NCBI RefSeq assembly: GCF_009914755.1
Contig: NC_060943.1
Length of the DNA stretch: 64,000 bases
Origin: the human T2T-CHM13v2.0 reference genome, Homo sapiens
Reading direction: 5' to 3' (one strand)
The notes under the pieces are model-generated. The model did not search any database, had not been told where the DNA came from, and saw only the letters and a program-made list of their open reading frames with translations. This document shows positions 1-16,510 of the stretch, in pieces. Positions within the stretch are counted from its first letter, which is position 1. Every line of letters begins with the position of its first letter. The position numbers were made by a program, and so were the translations under genes.

Positions 1-278
1 GCTGAGGGTGCCAATGGAAACAAGTGCTGTCCCTTAAATCCTGAATTCAACAAAGGCAGAGAATAATTGATGGCTTTCCCCATGTGTTTTGAATGCAATC
101 TCCTTTTGTGTGACTTTTGGAGATGCTTCAGTAAAGATGCAACTCATGTTCCCATAATTCCTTACATCATGCTGCGACACAACATGAGTCTCAGGTGTGC
201 ACAGACCCCCTGGCCAGCACCTTGGAGAAGCCCCGATGGCCCCTGGCTGTGTCCCAGGTTCAGTGCACGATGCTCTAC

Positions 279-451
279 CTGGTTTTCGAAGAAGGTCTCG
301 ACTGCAAACTGAAGGCTGTCGGCGACCCCTTCTCCATTCTCCCTGACGTAGAAGACCAGCAGGCGACCAAGGGGGACCATGCTGGGGGTCACGGCCAGAT
401 GAAGAGAGGTCACACACACGTCGACCTCAGCTTCTGGGGCTGGTGGGGGCT
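279..451 (-). CDS. CPAMD8: CPAMD8 exon 15
   Basis: (E)[57 protein letters not shown]; cacctcag / GTAGAG; 173 nt. Confidence 0.96.
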
Positions 452-1435
452 CTGAGGTGAGCAAAAGTAGAGAGAGGTGGTGAATTCTCCGCATCCGACA
501 TGCAACCTCAGCCATTCAGGCTCTGCCCCAATTTGCCCTGCGCTATGCTCCTGTCTACGCATTGAGACAGTCTGCATCTTTGGTTTTGAGATGCCCTTCC
601 CAGGCTACATCCTCAGTCAATGCTGACTCTTTCTATTGACTCAGCTCTAGGGTCACCATGGGCTCCTACAGAGCAGGCTGGAATTTGCCTAGAATCATCC
701 TCTCTGCCGGGGAACATGGTCCCTGCTCCCTGACCAGCCCTCTGCTTCCTCCGCGGACACCAAAACCACCTTGGCTTGTCCAGGCAGCACCACTGCAGCT
801 CCCCAATATGCCCCTGACCTCCAGTCCCTCCCTCTGATTGGCTCTGTCTTGCTGGGGCCTGGGGCCAGCAGACCTGGGCAGCCATTATTTGCTGACTTGA
901 ACCGAGTTCATACTGCCTTCCCTGTGGGTAAATGATCCTTAAAGGATAGAGGATCTTAGAAGCCTGTCCAGGCACTCCCAAATACTCTACGGCAAGAGAA
1001 TGAGGGTAGAAAGGCTCCCAGTTCCAGAATGGGCCATCTGTCAGCTGGTTCTGTGCAGAGCTCAGAGCAGCCAGTGGACAGGGATGGTAGGGGAAAGCGG
1101 GGACACAAGGAAACTCATGGGCAACAGGAGGAAGTGGGTACCCAATCGGCCTTGGGGTTCAAATCTTGGCTCTGGCCCCTACTAGGCAATGGGAAAGTCC
1201 CTGAAACCCCCACCCCCAAGTCACAGCCCATTCATCTGCAGATGGACACAGTGGAACCACCACCATCCCAGGCTGCAGTGGGGTTAAATGGGGACAGATT
1301 GTGGGGAGTTCCAAGCCCAGGGCTGGCCCTGGACAAGGATTCCAGGGAGACATAAAGTCCCTGTTATTTCACCCAGAAGAGAAGAGAAGACCAAGAGGGT
1401 GAAGGTGCACCATGCCCAAAGCAGGACTCTGGCCA

Positions 1436-2989
1436 GCAGTTCTCAGCCAAGGCAATTCTGCTACCCAGGGGATGCTGGCAATATCTGCGGATGTTTTTTG
1501 GTCATCACTGCTGGAGGGGATGCTACTGGCTTCCGGTGAATAGAAGCCAGAGATGCTATTCAGCATCCTACAGTGCATGGGATGGTCCCAAATGTTGACA
1601 GTGCAGAGGGTGAGAAAGCCTGCCTAAGAAGGAGGGATCTTCTCTGTCTGTCTATCTATCCATCCATCCATCTATCCACTCATCTTTCTATCTATCCATC
1701 CATCCATCTCTTCATCCATCCACCATCTACCCATCCATCCACTCACCCACCATCCACCCTTCCCTCTATTCATCAACCATCCATCATCCACCCATCCAAC
1801 CATCCACCCATCCCTCTATTCATCATCCATCATCCACCCACCCACCATCCATCCATTTATCCATCCATCATCCACCCACCCATCCACCATCCAATCATCT
1901 ATCCATCTGTTCATCCATCCATCTGTTCATCCATCCATCATCCACTCATCCACCCACCCCACTATCCATCCATCTATTCTTCCATCCATCATCCCCCATT
2001 CATCCACCCACTATCCATCCATCTATCCATCCAACCATCCATCTATTCATCCATCCATCATCCACCCATCCACCCACTATCCATCCATCCATTCATCTAT
2101 TCATCCAGTCATCATCCGCCCACCCACTATCCATCCATCCATCCATCTATTCATCTAATCCTCATCCACCCACCCATTAGCCATCCATCCATCCATCCTT
2201 CTGTACCTCCATCCATCTATTCATCCATCCATCTATTCATCCAGCCATCCATCTGTCCATTCATCCATCCATCTGTCCATCCATCCATCTGTCCATTCAT
2301 CCATCCATCCATCCATCCATCCATCTTTTGGTCCATCCATCCATCCATCCATCTATCAATCCACCCATCCATCTGTCCATTCATCCATCCATCCATCCTT
2401 CTGTCCATCCATCTTTTGGTCCATCCATCCATCCATCCATCTCTCTGTCCATTCATCCATCTATCCACCTATCCATCCATCCATCCATCCTTCCATCTAT
2501 CCACTGTTCTATCAGTCCATCCATCCATCCATCCATTCATCCATCTTTCTATCTGTCCATCCATCCATTGATCCATCCCTCTATCATCTATAGGGCTATT
2601 GGCATCTATGGGGTGGAGGCCAGGGATGCTGCTCAATATCCTACAGTGCCTCCACCACAGAGAATGATCTTGCCCAAATGTTGATAGTGCCAAGGTTGAG
2701 AAACCTTGCCTTCGCCTGAGAGATCCTGCCTATCTATCTATCCACCCATCATTCTGTCTATCTACCTACCTATCTCAGTGTCCTCACCTGGAAGTGACTC
2801 TGCCCCCTGGGGATAGTGGCAATATCTGGAGACTCTTTAGGTCATCATACTGTGGAAAGTTGGTACTACTGGCATCTGGTGGGGAGAGACCAGGGATGCT
2901 GCTCAGCACCCTACAGTGCACAGGACGCCCCCACTCTGGAGTGATCCACCCCCTTATATATGTCTATAGTGCTCAAGTTGGGGACCCTG
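1436..2989 (+). mobile_element. Three MER20 copies or fragments (about 1436-1622, 2593-2708, 2776-2989)
   Basis: ctactggcatct...ccagggatgctgct...aaatgttgatagtgccaaggttgagaaacc motifs. Confidence 0.85.
1645..2590 (+). repeat. (CATC/CCAT)n degenerate microsatellite
   Basis: About 950 bp of ccatccatccat-type repeats. Confidence 0.95.
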
Positions 2990-3407
2990 TATTGAGAAGA
3001 AGAGCTTTGAAGAGGAGGGGACTAAGGAAGTCCCCTGGGAGGAGGGCCTTATGAGGAGCACATGGTGTCAAAAAGAGAAGAGGAAGAGGACTCATAGGCA
3101 GAACCGCCTGGGCAAAGAGGCAACAGCACAATGTGGGCCAGTGCAAGAGCCTAGTCTGTGGCTGGCTTTCCCTGTCCCCTGCACACACAGAGTGAGAAGA
3201 GTCTGGGGCCTGAACCTCTCCACTTCCAGCAGCTGATCACTGTCTTCCTGGACCCAGTCTGGTATTGTTAAGGATGTGTCCCCTCTGACCCAAGGCATGC
3301 TCCCCTCTCTGCTGGGTCTTGCCTTGTCCCTCCTTGCAGGAGCACCCATCTCAGTCTCAATTGTTCAGAAGGAAGAACAGGAACCTTCTCCCTGCTGCCC
3401 GGCTCAC

Positions 3408-3597
3408 CTGTCTCAGAAAGGTGTGTTAAACGAATCGGTTTCTCCAGGGCAGGGGCCGCCCGCTTGCTTCGCTGCTGGGTGGTGTGGGCAGGCTGCTGGC
3501 CCGATAGCACAATATTGCCCCGTGCAGCCACCTCGTAGTACAGGGTAAAGTTGCAGGGACATGTGGACTTCACAGAAAAATAGGCTTCTTCCCCAAC
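3408..3597 (-). CDS. CPAMD8: CPAMD8 exon 14
   Basis: [35 protein letters not shown]...RSKR...THLSET; cttccatag / GTGAGC; 190 nt. Confidence 0.96.
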
Positions 3598-3765
3598 CTA
3601 TGGAAGACACGCAGCATGGGGGGCTCTGCCTCGCACCAATGTTGCAACCCACCACAGGAAGACGGCCATTCTGGGGCCAGAGGGAGGTTGGGATGGCTGA
3701 GGGAGCGGAGTGCCCAGCATCCAGTCCTGGCCCCTAGCTTTTTTGTTTTTTGTTTTCTTTTTTAA

Positions 3766-3978
<213 letters not shown>

Positions 3979-4369
3979 TGATCCCAGTATTTTGGGCTCA
4001 CGCCTGTAATCCCAGCACTTTGGGGGGCTGAAGCGGACAGATCGCTCAAGTCCAGAAGTTAGAGAGCAGCCTGAGCAACATAGTGAGACCCCCATCTCTA
4101 CAAAAAGCACACACACATAAAATTGGCCAGGCGTGGTGGCACATGCCTGTAGTCCCCGCTACTCAGGGGGCTGAAGTGGGAGGGTCACTTGAGCCTAGGA
4201 AGTCAAGGCTGCAGTGAGCCATGATCGCACCACTGCACTCCAGCCTGGGTAACAGAGTGAGACCCTGTCTCCAAAAAAAAATAAAAATAAAATACTGTTT
4301 CCTAACTTTGAACGTGCTAATGCCACAAGTGGGCTGGGCCTTCTCTTAGGATATGAACTCAATGAGTTG

Positions 4370-4880
4370 GGTCCTATCATAGTCCCCAAGTTCCTAGAGG
4401 GGAAAACTGGAAACTGAGGCCTTGGTTCTTTGCCCAATGTCAATGAGTGTAGGGCAGGATTCAAACTCAGGGGAACTGATGCTAAGGCCCCACATTGAAC
4501 CCTGAAGCTGCCATTATTCTGATATCAGGAAAGCTAAGGCCTCCCAGGTCCTAAGATCTCCCTAGGGGGTTGGCGTGTGGCCATGTCCAACACTTTGCCC
4601 TAGGAATCCCGCCTCTGTTCCATGTTTTGCAATCTGTGACTGTCCCCAAATGTTGGGATCACCCTGAAAGCCCAGAAGAGGGATATCTGGAGTAGGGGAA
4701 GAGTGACATTCTTGCCGTGGAAGCTTGGGCAAATCATTTCACCTCTCTGAGCCTCAGTTTCCCCACCTGTAAAATAAGGCTGTTATCTCCTGGACAGAGG
4801 GTCCTGAGGCTCCAATGAGATGATGTGTGTGTCATGCTCAACATCACACAATGCACACTGTAGGTGGCTAATAAGTGTCA
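4370..4880. mobile_element. MIR fragments (about 4370-4510 and 4720-4880)
   Basis: gaaactgaggc...caggattcaaac; cttgggcaaatcatttcacctctctgagcctcagtttcccc. Confidence 0.75.
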
Positions 4881-5728
4881 TTCTGGCCAGGGGCCATGGC
4901 TCACACCTGTAATCCCAGTATTTTGTTAGGCTGAGGTGGGTGGATCACTTGAGCCCAGAAGCTTGAGACCAGCCTGGGCAACAAAGTGAGATCCCGTCTC
5001 TACAAAAAATCAAAAAACTTTGGCCAGGCGCAGTGGCTCATGCTTTGTAATCTCAGCACATTGAGAGGCCGAGGCGAGAGGATTGCTTGAGTCTAGGAGT
5101 TCAAGACCCGCCACAGCAACATGGTGAAACCCCATCTCTACAAAAATACAAAAATTAGGTGGATGTGGTGGTGGGTGCCTGTGGTCTCAGCTACTCGGGA
5201 AGCTAAGGCGGAAGGATCACTTGAGCCAGGGAGGTCGATGTGCGGTGAGTCATGATCATGCCACTGCACCCTAGCCTGGGCAACAGAGTGAGACCCTGTC
5301 TCAATCAATCAATCAATATTTTTTAATTAAAAAAATATATAGTAAGAAAAATAAATGTCATTCTACCTCCCCCTAAAGGAAGAATCTGCCTGTTTAAGAA
5401 GCTGGGCCTAAGGGACTCCCACAGCCAAATTTGGAAAATTTGAGCAGCAAAAAGAAGAATGTCAGCTGAGTGTGGTGGCTCATGCCTATAATCCTAACAC
5501 TTTGGGAGGCTGAGGCAGGCAGATTGCTTGAGTTCAGGAGTTCAAGACCAGCCTGAACAACATGGCAAAACTCCATCTCCACAAAAAATAATAAAAAAAA
5601 TAGCTGGGTGTGGTGGCACAAGCCCATAGTCCCAGCTATCTAGGGGGGCTGAGGCAGGAGGATCACTTGAGCACAGGAGGTCAAGGCTGCAGTAAGCCAT
5701 GACTGTGCCACCACCCTCCAGCCTCGGG

Positions 5729-6417
<689 letters not shown>

Positions 6418-6479
6418 CTGAGTGACAGAGCAAGACCCTGTCTCAAAAATAAATTAATTAAAAACAAAGAAAGGAAAAA

Positions 6480-7233
6480 GAAGAATGTCAAGGTCGTGAA
6501 AGACAAGGAAAGAATAAAATTTTCAGATTGGAGGAGACCAAGGAGACGTGATGACTAAATGTGACGTGGGACCCTAAAGGTGATCCCGGACCAGAAAACA
6601 AGGCCATGAGTGGGATAACTTGGGGAAATCCAAATAAAATCTGGAGTCTGGTTAACACTGATGTCCAGTGTTGATTCTTAGTTATGACAAATGGATCATA
6701 GTCTTGTAAGATGTTAGCATTAGGGGAAGCCTATCAAAATCTCAATGGCCTTTTTTGCAGAAATGGAACTGATCTTAAAATTTATATGAAAACACAAAGG
6801 ACTCAGGAATCTTGAAAAAGAAGAATAACGTTGGAGGACTCACACTTCCTAATTTCAAAACTTACTACAAAGCTACAGTAATCAAGACAGTGTAGTACCA
6901 GCATAAGGAGAGACATAGAAACCAATGGGATAGAAGTGAGAGCCCTGAAATGAATCCAGACAGCTAAGGGCAACTGATTTGAAATAAGGGTGCCAAGACC
7001 ATTCAATGGGGAAAGCATAGTCTTTTTAACAAACAGTGCTGAGACAACTGAATAGGTACATGCAAAAGAGTGAAGTTGGTCTGTGGGTGGTGGCTCACAC
7101 CTGCAATCTCAACACTTTAGGAAGCTGAGGTGGGAGGATCACTTGAGCCCAGGAGGTTGAGCTGCAGTGAGCTATGATCACACTACTGCACCTCAGCCTG
7201 GGTGACAGAGCAAGGTCCTATCTCAAAAAAAAA

Positions 7234-7264
<31 letters not shown>

Positions 7265-8105
7265 ATGAATTTGGATCCCTACCTCACACCATATAAAAAA
7301 ATTAACTCAAAACAGATGAAAGACCTAAATGTAAGAGCTGAAACTATAAAACTCTTAAAAGAAAACACAGAGATAAATCATGACCTTAGATTTGGCAATG
7401 GTTTCTTTGAGATGTGGCATCGGAAGTACAAGCAGCAAAAGAAAAAGAGAAATTGGATTTCATCAAAATTAAAATTTTTTGTTGCACTAATGGACACTGT
7501 CAGGAAAGTGAAAAGATAACCCATAGTATAGGAGAAAATGTCTGCAAATTACACATCTGATGAGGGCTAGTATCCAGAATTTAGAAAGAACTTTCACGAC
7601 TCAACAAAGATAAACAACCCAATTATTAACAGTAGTGGGGCTGGGTGTGGTGGTTACATCTGTCATCTCAACACCTTGGGAGGCTGAGGCAGAGAGGATC
7701 ACTTGAGGCCAGGAGTTCAAGACCAGCCTGGGCAACATAGTGAAACCCCTAAAAACCAAGTACATACACATGGGTGAGCATGCACACACACTCACACAAA
7801 TGCACATGCACACTCATGTGTAGTCACACATGTGTGATACAATCATGCAGTCACATATGCATGCAAACAAACACTAAATGTAAATTACATTTTTAGGGTA
7901 CCCATTGAAAATCTGAATATTGCCTATGAATTAGACAATATAATTTGGTGAATGTAATTTTCTTAGGTGTGACCTAAGAAAATGGCCTTGAGGTCAGGTA
8001 AAATAATGCCTTTTTTTAAGTATACATTATGGTCAAGTATTTAAGAGTGAAGCACTATCATGTTTGTAACTTGCTTTCAAATGCTGCAGCCAAAAAATGT
8101 GTAGA
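6480..8105 (+). mobile_element. Old L1 (L1M-type) fragments including degenerate ORF2 3' end, interrupted by Alus
   Basis: ggaggactcacacttcctaatttcaaaacttactacaaagctacagtaatcaagacagtg; LDPYLTPYKKINSK..KDLNVR peptide. Confidence 0.85.
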
Positions 8106-8109
8106 GAAA

Positions 8110-8780
8110 TAGATGGATGCGTGAATTGGCAGATGGATGGATGGATGAAGGGAGGGATAGAGGGAGAATGGATGAAGGGAGAGTGGATGAATGGATGGAT
8201 GAAGGGTGCATGTATGGATGGATGGATGAAGGGTGGATGAATGGATGAAGGGCGGATGGATGGATGGATGGATGGAGGGTAGATAAATAGGTAAGTGTAG
8301 TGGGTGGATGGATGGGTGGAGGAAAGAAAGAAAGGAGGAAAAGAAGGAGGGAGAGAGGGTAGATGGATGGATGGATGGATGGATGAAGGGTGGATGAAGG
8401 GCAGACGGAAGGATGGATGGATGGATGATAAATGGATAGGGGTAGTGGGTGGATAGATGGGTGGAGAAAGGAAGGAAGGGAAGGAAGAAAGGAGGGAGGG
8501 AGAGTAAATGGATGGATGGATGATGGATGGATGAAGGGAGGCGCAGAGGGAGGGTGGATGGATGGATGAATAGATAGATGGAGGATGGATGGATGGATGA
8601 AGGGTGGATGGATGGAGGGAAGATGAGTGGATAAAGGGTAGTAGGTGGATGGATGGGTGGAGGGAGGGAGGAAGGGTGAATGAATGGAGGGAGAGAGGAT
8701 AGATGGATGGAGGGATGAAGAGAGGGACAGATGGAGGGATGGAGAGAGAGATGGAGGGTGGATGGAGGGATGAATGAAAG
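8110..8780 (+). repeat. (GGAT/GATG)n degenerate microsatellite
   Basis: About 670 bp of ggatggatgg-type purine-rich repeats. Confidence 0.95.
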
Positions 8781-8865
8781 GATATAGGCAAAGCATTAAT
8801 TTATAAATCTAGGTGAAAGTCTCATGGTTGTTTATTATATTAACATTTTTCAATTTCACTCTAAA

Positions 8866-8871
8866 TTTATT
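8866..8871 (-). terminator. Candidate intronic poly(A) signal AATAAA (second copy at 8831-8836)
   Basis: tttatt on the + strand at 8866-8871 and 8831-8836, downstream of the putative terminal exon. Confidence 0.45.
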
Positions 8872-8981
8872 AATGTCCCCCTTATAAAAAGACACCCAAA
8901 CAGAAGTCCCCTTCTGCTTGAGATCTTGGGGGGAAAAGGAGAGCACAAACCTTTCTCCTCTTCTTTACTAAATTTATGGCA

Positions 8982-9098
8982 TCAAAACAACCTTAAAAGA
9001 TTGGAGTGAGCGCCCCCATTCACCAAGCAAAACAGGTTCAGAAGGATGGGTGCCAAGATGTGGGGAGTGGAGCCCCCCAGTTCCCCCCTGCCGGGGCC
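8982..9098 (-). CDS. CPAMD8: Putative CPAMD8 alternative terminal exon in intron 13 (38 codons plus stop)
   Basis: Pyrimidine tract and acceptor ctcttcctcttcttctagcgccag; phase-0 reading GPGRGELGGSTPHILAPILLNLFCLVNGGAHSNLLRLF-TGA; AATAAA about 110 nt downstream. Inferred, no transcript data. Confidence 0.55.
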   Translation of the reverse strand, partial: GPGRGELGGSTPHILAPILLNLFCLVNGGAHSNLLRLF

Positions 9099-9495
9099 CT
9101 GGCGCTAGAAGAAGAGGAAGAGGTCCCTGCACCATGCCCAGCCTGGCCCCAGCATGAACCCATCTTCCCTCCATGCCCTGAGGTTGTGCCCGGGCCCCTC
9201 ATGGCAGTTTGGTGGGTAGGACGCGCTGGGGTTTCTGAGCCACCTCAAACAGGATTGAGATTCACCCGGGGAGCAAAATCTGAGTGACAGAGCCAGGTCT
9301 CCCCCTAATCAGAACAACAGTCTGGCCAGCTGAGAACACAAGGTTCCTTCCTGTCCCCTGAGGAGGAGGCCAGCACCAGCGTCCCCACCCTGCACCACTG
9401 GTTTAATGGAATTACAAGAAGAACAGTGTGTTCAGCCAAGCTGGGCATGATCCTGTCTGACTTCTCATTCTTACAACCTCTGCAAAGGGCTGTTA

Positions 9496-10669
<1,174 letters not shown>

Positions 10670-11151
10670 TGATCCTCCTGCCTCAGCCTCTTGAGTAATT
10701 GGGACTACAGGCATGCACCACCACATCCGGCTGGGGTTTTTTTGTTTTTGTTTTTGTTTTGATAGAGATGTGATTTCACCATGTTGCCCAGGCTGGTCTC
10801 AAACTCCTGGGCTCAAGCAATCCTCCCGCCTCAGCCTCCCAAAGTGCCAAGGTTACAGGTGTGAGCCACCACGCCCGGTCGGGAACTCTACTTTTTGTTC
10901 AAGGTTTTTATAAAGTTACAACTGCTCTTAAAAAATTAAGTCTATTAATTAAAAGAAAAATACACACACACACCTTATGTAATCAGAATTGCAAAATAAT
11001 AGACCCAGGAAAAATGAATGGCAGACACGGCTCTAAATTTACCTTGTCTTTGCACTCAGAGTGTCTGTGTGGAGAAACTCCCAGGGCCTCTGCACTAAGG
11101 GAAGGCTCAAGGCAGTGGGGAATCTGGCCCCATAGCAGCAGCTCTATGTCA

Positions 11152-12540
<1,389 letters not shown>

Positions 12541-12559
12541 TAGCTCCTGAAAATCTTAC

Positions 12560-12688
12560 CTGCAGTGGGTGGGAGGGTGGCTGCAGCTGCAGGTAGCACT
12601 GGCTGGGGGAGTACCAGCTGCCGAGGGAGAGGTAGCTGGGCAGGTACTGAGCCCCCACAGGCTTCCCGTTCAGTGCCATCACCTTGGT
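12560..12688 (-). CDS. CPAMD8: CPAMD8 exon 13
   Basis: [43 protein letters not shown]; cttctcag / GTAAGA; 129 nt; ends at codon 465. Confidence 0.96.
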
Positions 12689-12789
12689 CTGAGAAGAGAA
12701 GATGCTTAGATCAACACCCGAGTGCCAAGAGCAGAAAGGGGGTCTTGGGGATGCTTCTGCTTGCTCTGCCCAGAAGAAACACCCTCTCA

Positions 12790-13167
<378 letters not shown>

Positions 13168-13562
13168 TCAAAAAAAAAAGAAGCAAGCATCCAAGATTGG
13201 TCAAAGGGTATTGGGGGTCAGGCAGAGTGGGTGCATACCTATAATCTCAGCATTTTGGGAGGCAGAGGTGTGAGGATCACTTGGGCCCAGGAGTTCAAGA
13301 CCAGCCTGGGCAATATAGCAAGATCCAGTCTCTACAAAAAATTTGTGCCTGGAGACTCAGCTACTAGGGGAGGCTGAAGCAGGAGGATCACTTGAGTCCA
13401 GGAGTTCAAAGCTGCAATTTAGCTATGATCACACCATTGCACTCCAGCCTGGACAACAGAGCTAGACCGTATCTCTGAAATAATTTTAAAAAGAAGTTGG
13501 GCCAGGCGCGATGGCTCACGCCTGTAATCCCACCACTTTGGGAGGCCAAGGTGGGCAGATCA

Positions 13563-13778
<216 letters not shown>

Positions 13779-13804
13779 TCAAAAAAAAAAAAAAAAAAAA
13801 GTTG

Positions 13805-14385
13805 GCCTGCCTCTGTCTCTGGCTCCTGGGAAGTAGGTAGACTCTAAATAGGGTATAAACGGGCCACACCAGAAAGGCCAGTTGTGTGATTAGATGGCTG
13901 GGCTTTGAGCCACAGGTTATCAGCCCATCTCCAGGGAAGGGAGAGGGCAGGAGATTGAGATTAGTCCCATGGCCAATGATTTAATCAATCATGCAGACGA
14001 AATGAGGCCCCCACAAAAAACTTTGGACACCAAAGCTCAGGTGAGCTTTCCTGCTTAGCAATGCTCAGCTTGTGGGGATTACATATCCTGGTTCTGTGCA
14101 GAGAACACACAAAGCTTCCAATCTGGGAATTGCCCAGACCTCACCCTATGCATCTCTCTCTTTGGTTGGTTCTAATTTATGTCATTTTGCTATGGTAAAG
14201 CTGTAATTAAAAGGTGGTAGGGTAGTGGAATTTGCAGCCAGTAGGTGGGAAGCACAGGTGGCCCGGGGACCCCTGGACTTGCAGCTGGTGTCAGAATTTA
14301 GGGTAGTCTTGTGGAGAGGGCTGTGCCTACCACCTGTGAAGTGTGGCCCAGCTCCAGGTAGCTGGTGTCAGAAGTTACTGCAATC
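13805..14385 (+). mobile_element. MER21-like LTR fragment
   Basis: tggccaatgatttaatcaatcatgc...ccagacctcaccctatgcatctc resembles the MER21 consensus. Confidence 0.7.
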
Positions 14386-14467
14386 TCCCACCTGGTAGGG
14401 GATGGGCAGGGCAGATCTCTGGTTCCTCAAGGAGTCTGAGAGATGCCAGGCTGTGGTCACTCTCTTA

Positions 14468-14948
<481 letters not shown>

Positions 14949-15297
14949 TCAGTTCCCATCTACGTATTTACTCTCTGCAGGGCCGCCAGGTCCACTGCCA
15001 GTTCCCAAAGCCAAGGGCTGGGACATCCTCTCCAGTCCCTCCTGTTCTTGCCTCCCCTGATGATGGGACACTAAGGCCTTCTGGATCTACTTCCTCAAGA
15101 GCTCCAGTTTGGAGACCTCTCTGTCCTCACCTCCTGTCTGCCTGCCTGGGCCCGCCCTGAACCACCCCCAACTAAAGACTCTGGAGTGATCACTGGGTAT
15201 CGAAAATCAGATCAGGCCAGACATGGCAGCTCATGGCCTATAATCCCTATGCTTTGGGAGGCTGAGGTGGAAGGATGGCTTGAGTCCAGGAGTTTGA

Positions 15298-15696
<399 letters not shown>

Positions 15697-16323
15697 TAAT
15701 TACGGGCATGCACGTGTAATCTCAGGTACTTGGGAGGCTGACTCAGGAGGATCCCTTTAGCCCAGCAGTTAGAGGCTGCAGTGAGCTATGATGATGCCAC
15801 TGCACTGCAGCCTGGGCAACAGAGCGAGACCCTGTCTCTTAAAAAAAAAAAAAAATCAGATCACTCTTTCGCCTGACACTGCCTTCCACTGAGCACCCGT
15901 GAGGTGGCGGAAACCACCATTGGCTCTCTCCCCAATCTCTTTCCAAAATGGCTCAATGTAGTTGAGCACTTGTGAGACTCTGATTACAGTATAATCACGG
16001 TCTGCCTCTGAACCTGCACCCAGGCTGTTCCACCCGCCCAGAAGCAGCCTGGCTGACTTCCCCATGGTCAGGAGTCCATTTGGAGAGATCTCCTTGGACA
16101 AGACTCCTTTGGCATAACTGGTCCAGGCACCCTTATCTCTCTTTGACCTTCCACCTGATCCCAGGATGGCTGTGTTGTCCATCCCACTGTCTAGTGGAAT
16201 GTGTACTCCTGCAGGGCTGGGACAGGCTCCAGGCCCACTGATCAGGTGCCTGCACCCAGTCTGGGGGAGGCCCCAAGTCCATACCTGCTGGCTGAATAAC
16301 AAGGGTCCACGGGACTCACCCAC

Positions 16324-16494
16324 CTCCAGCCACACGTGCTGGGCTGACGTGGGGATGGAGGGGATTTCAAACCCCACTAGTCCACGCTGGGACACAACTT
16401 CACTGGTGTAGATGTTATCCTTTGGTGTCAGCTCTGCCTTAATCTGGACCGTCACCCCCTCAGCTGGGCTGCCATCGGGGTAGGATAGCTCCAC
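16324..16494 (-). CDS. CPAMD8: CPAMD8 exon 12
   Basis: [19 protein letters not shown]...AQHVWLE; ttttctag / GTGGGT; 171 nt. Confidence 0.95.
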
Positions 16495-16510
16495 CTAGAA
16501 AAGGTCACCC

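Noticed and set aside
1573-2571. 332-aa His/Pro/Ser/Ile ORF and the antisense MDGW ORFs
   Set aside because: Translation of the (CATC)n microsatellite; no coding signature
8033-8796. 252-aa and 239-aa minus-strand ORFs
   Set aside because: Translation of the (GGAT)n microsatellite
8974-9174. 66-aa minus-strand ORF as the alternative terminal exon
   Set aside because: Its upstream AG (about 9179) has a weak pyrimidine tract; the stronger acceptor at 9100-9106 opens a different frame
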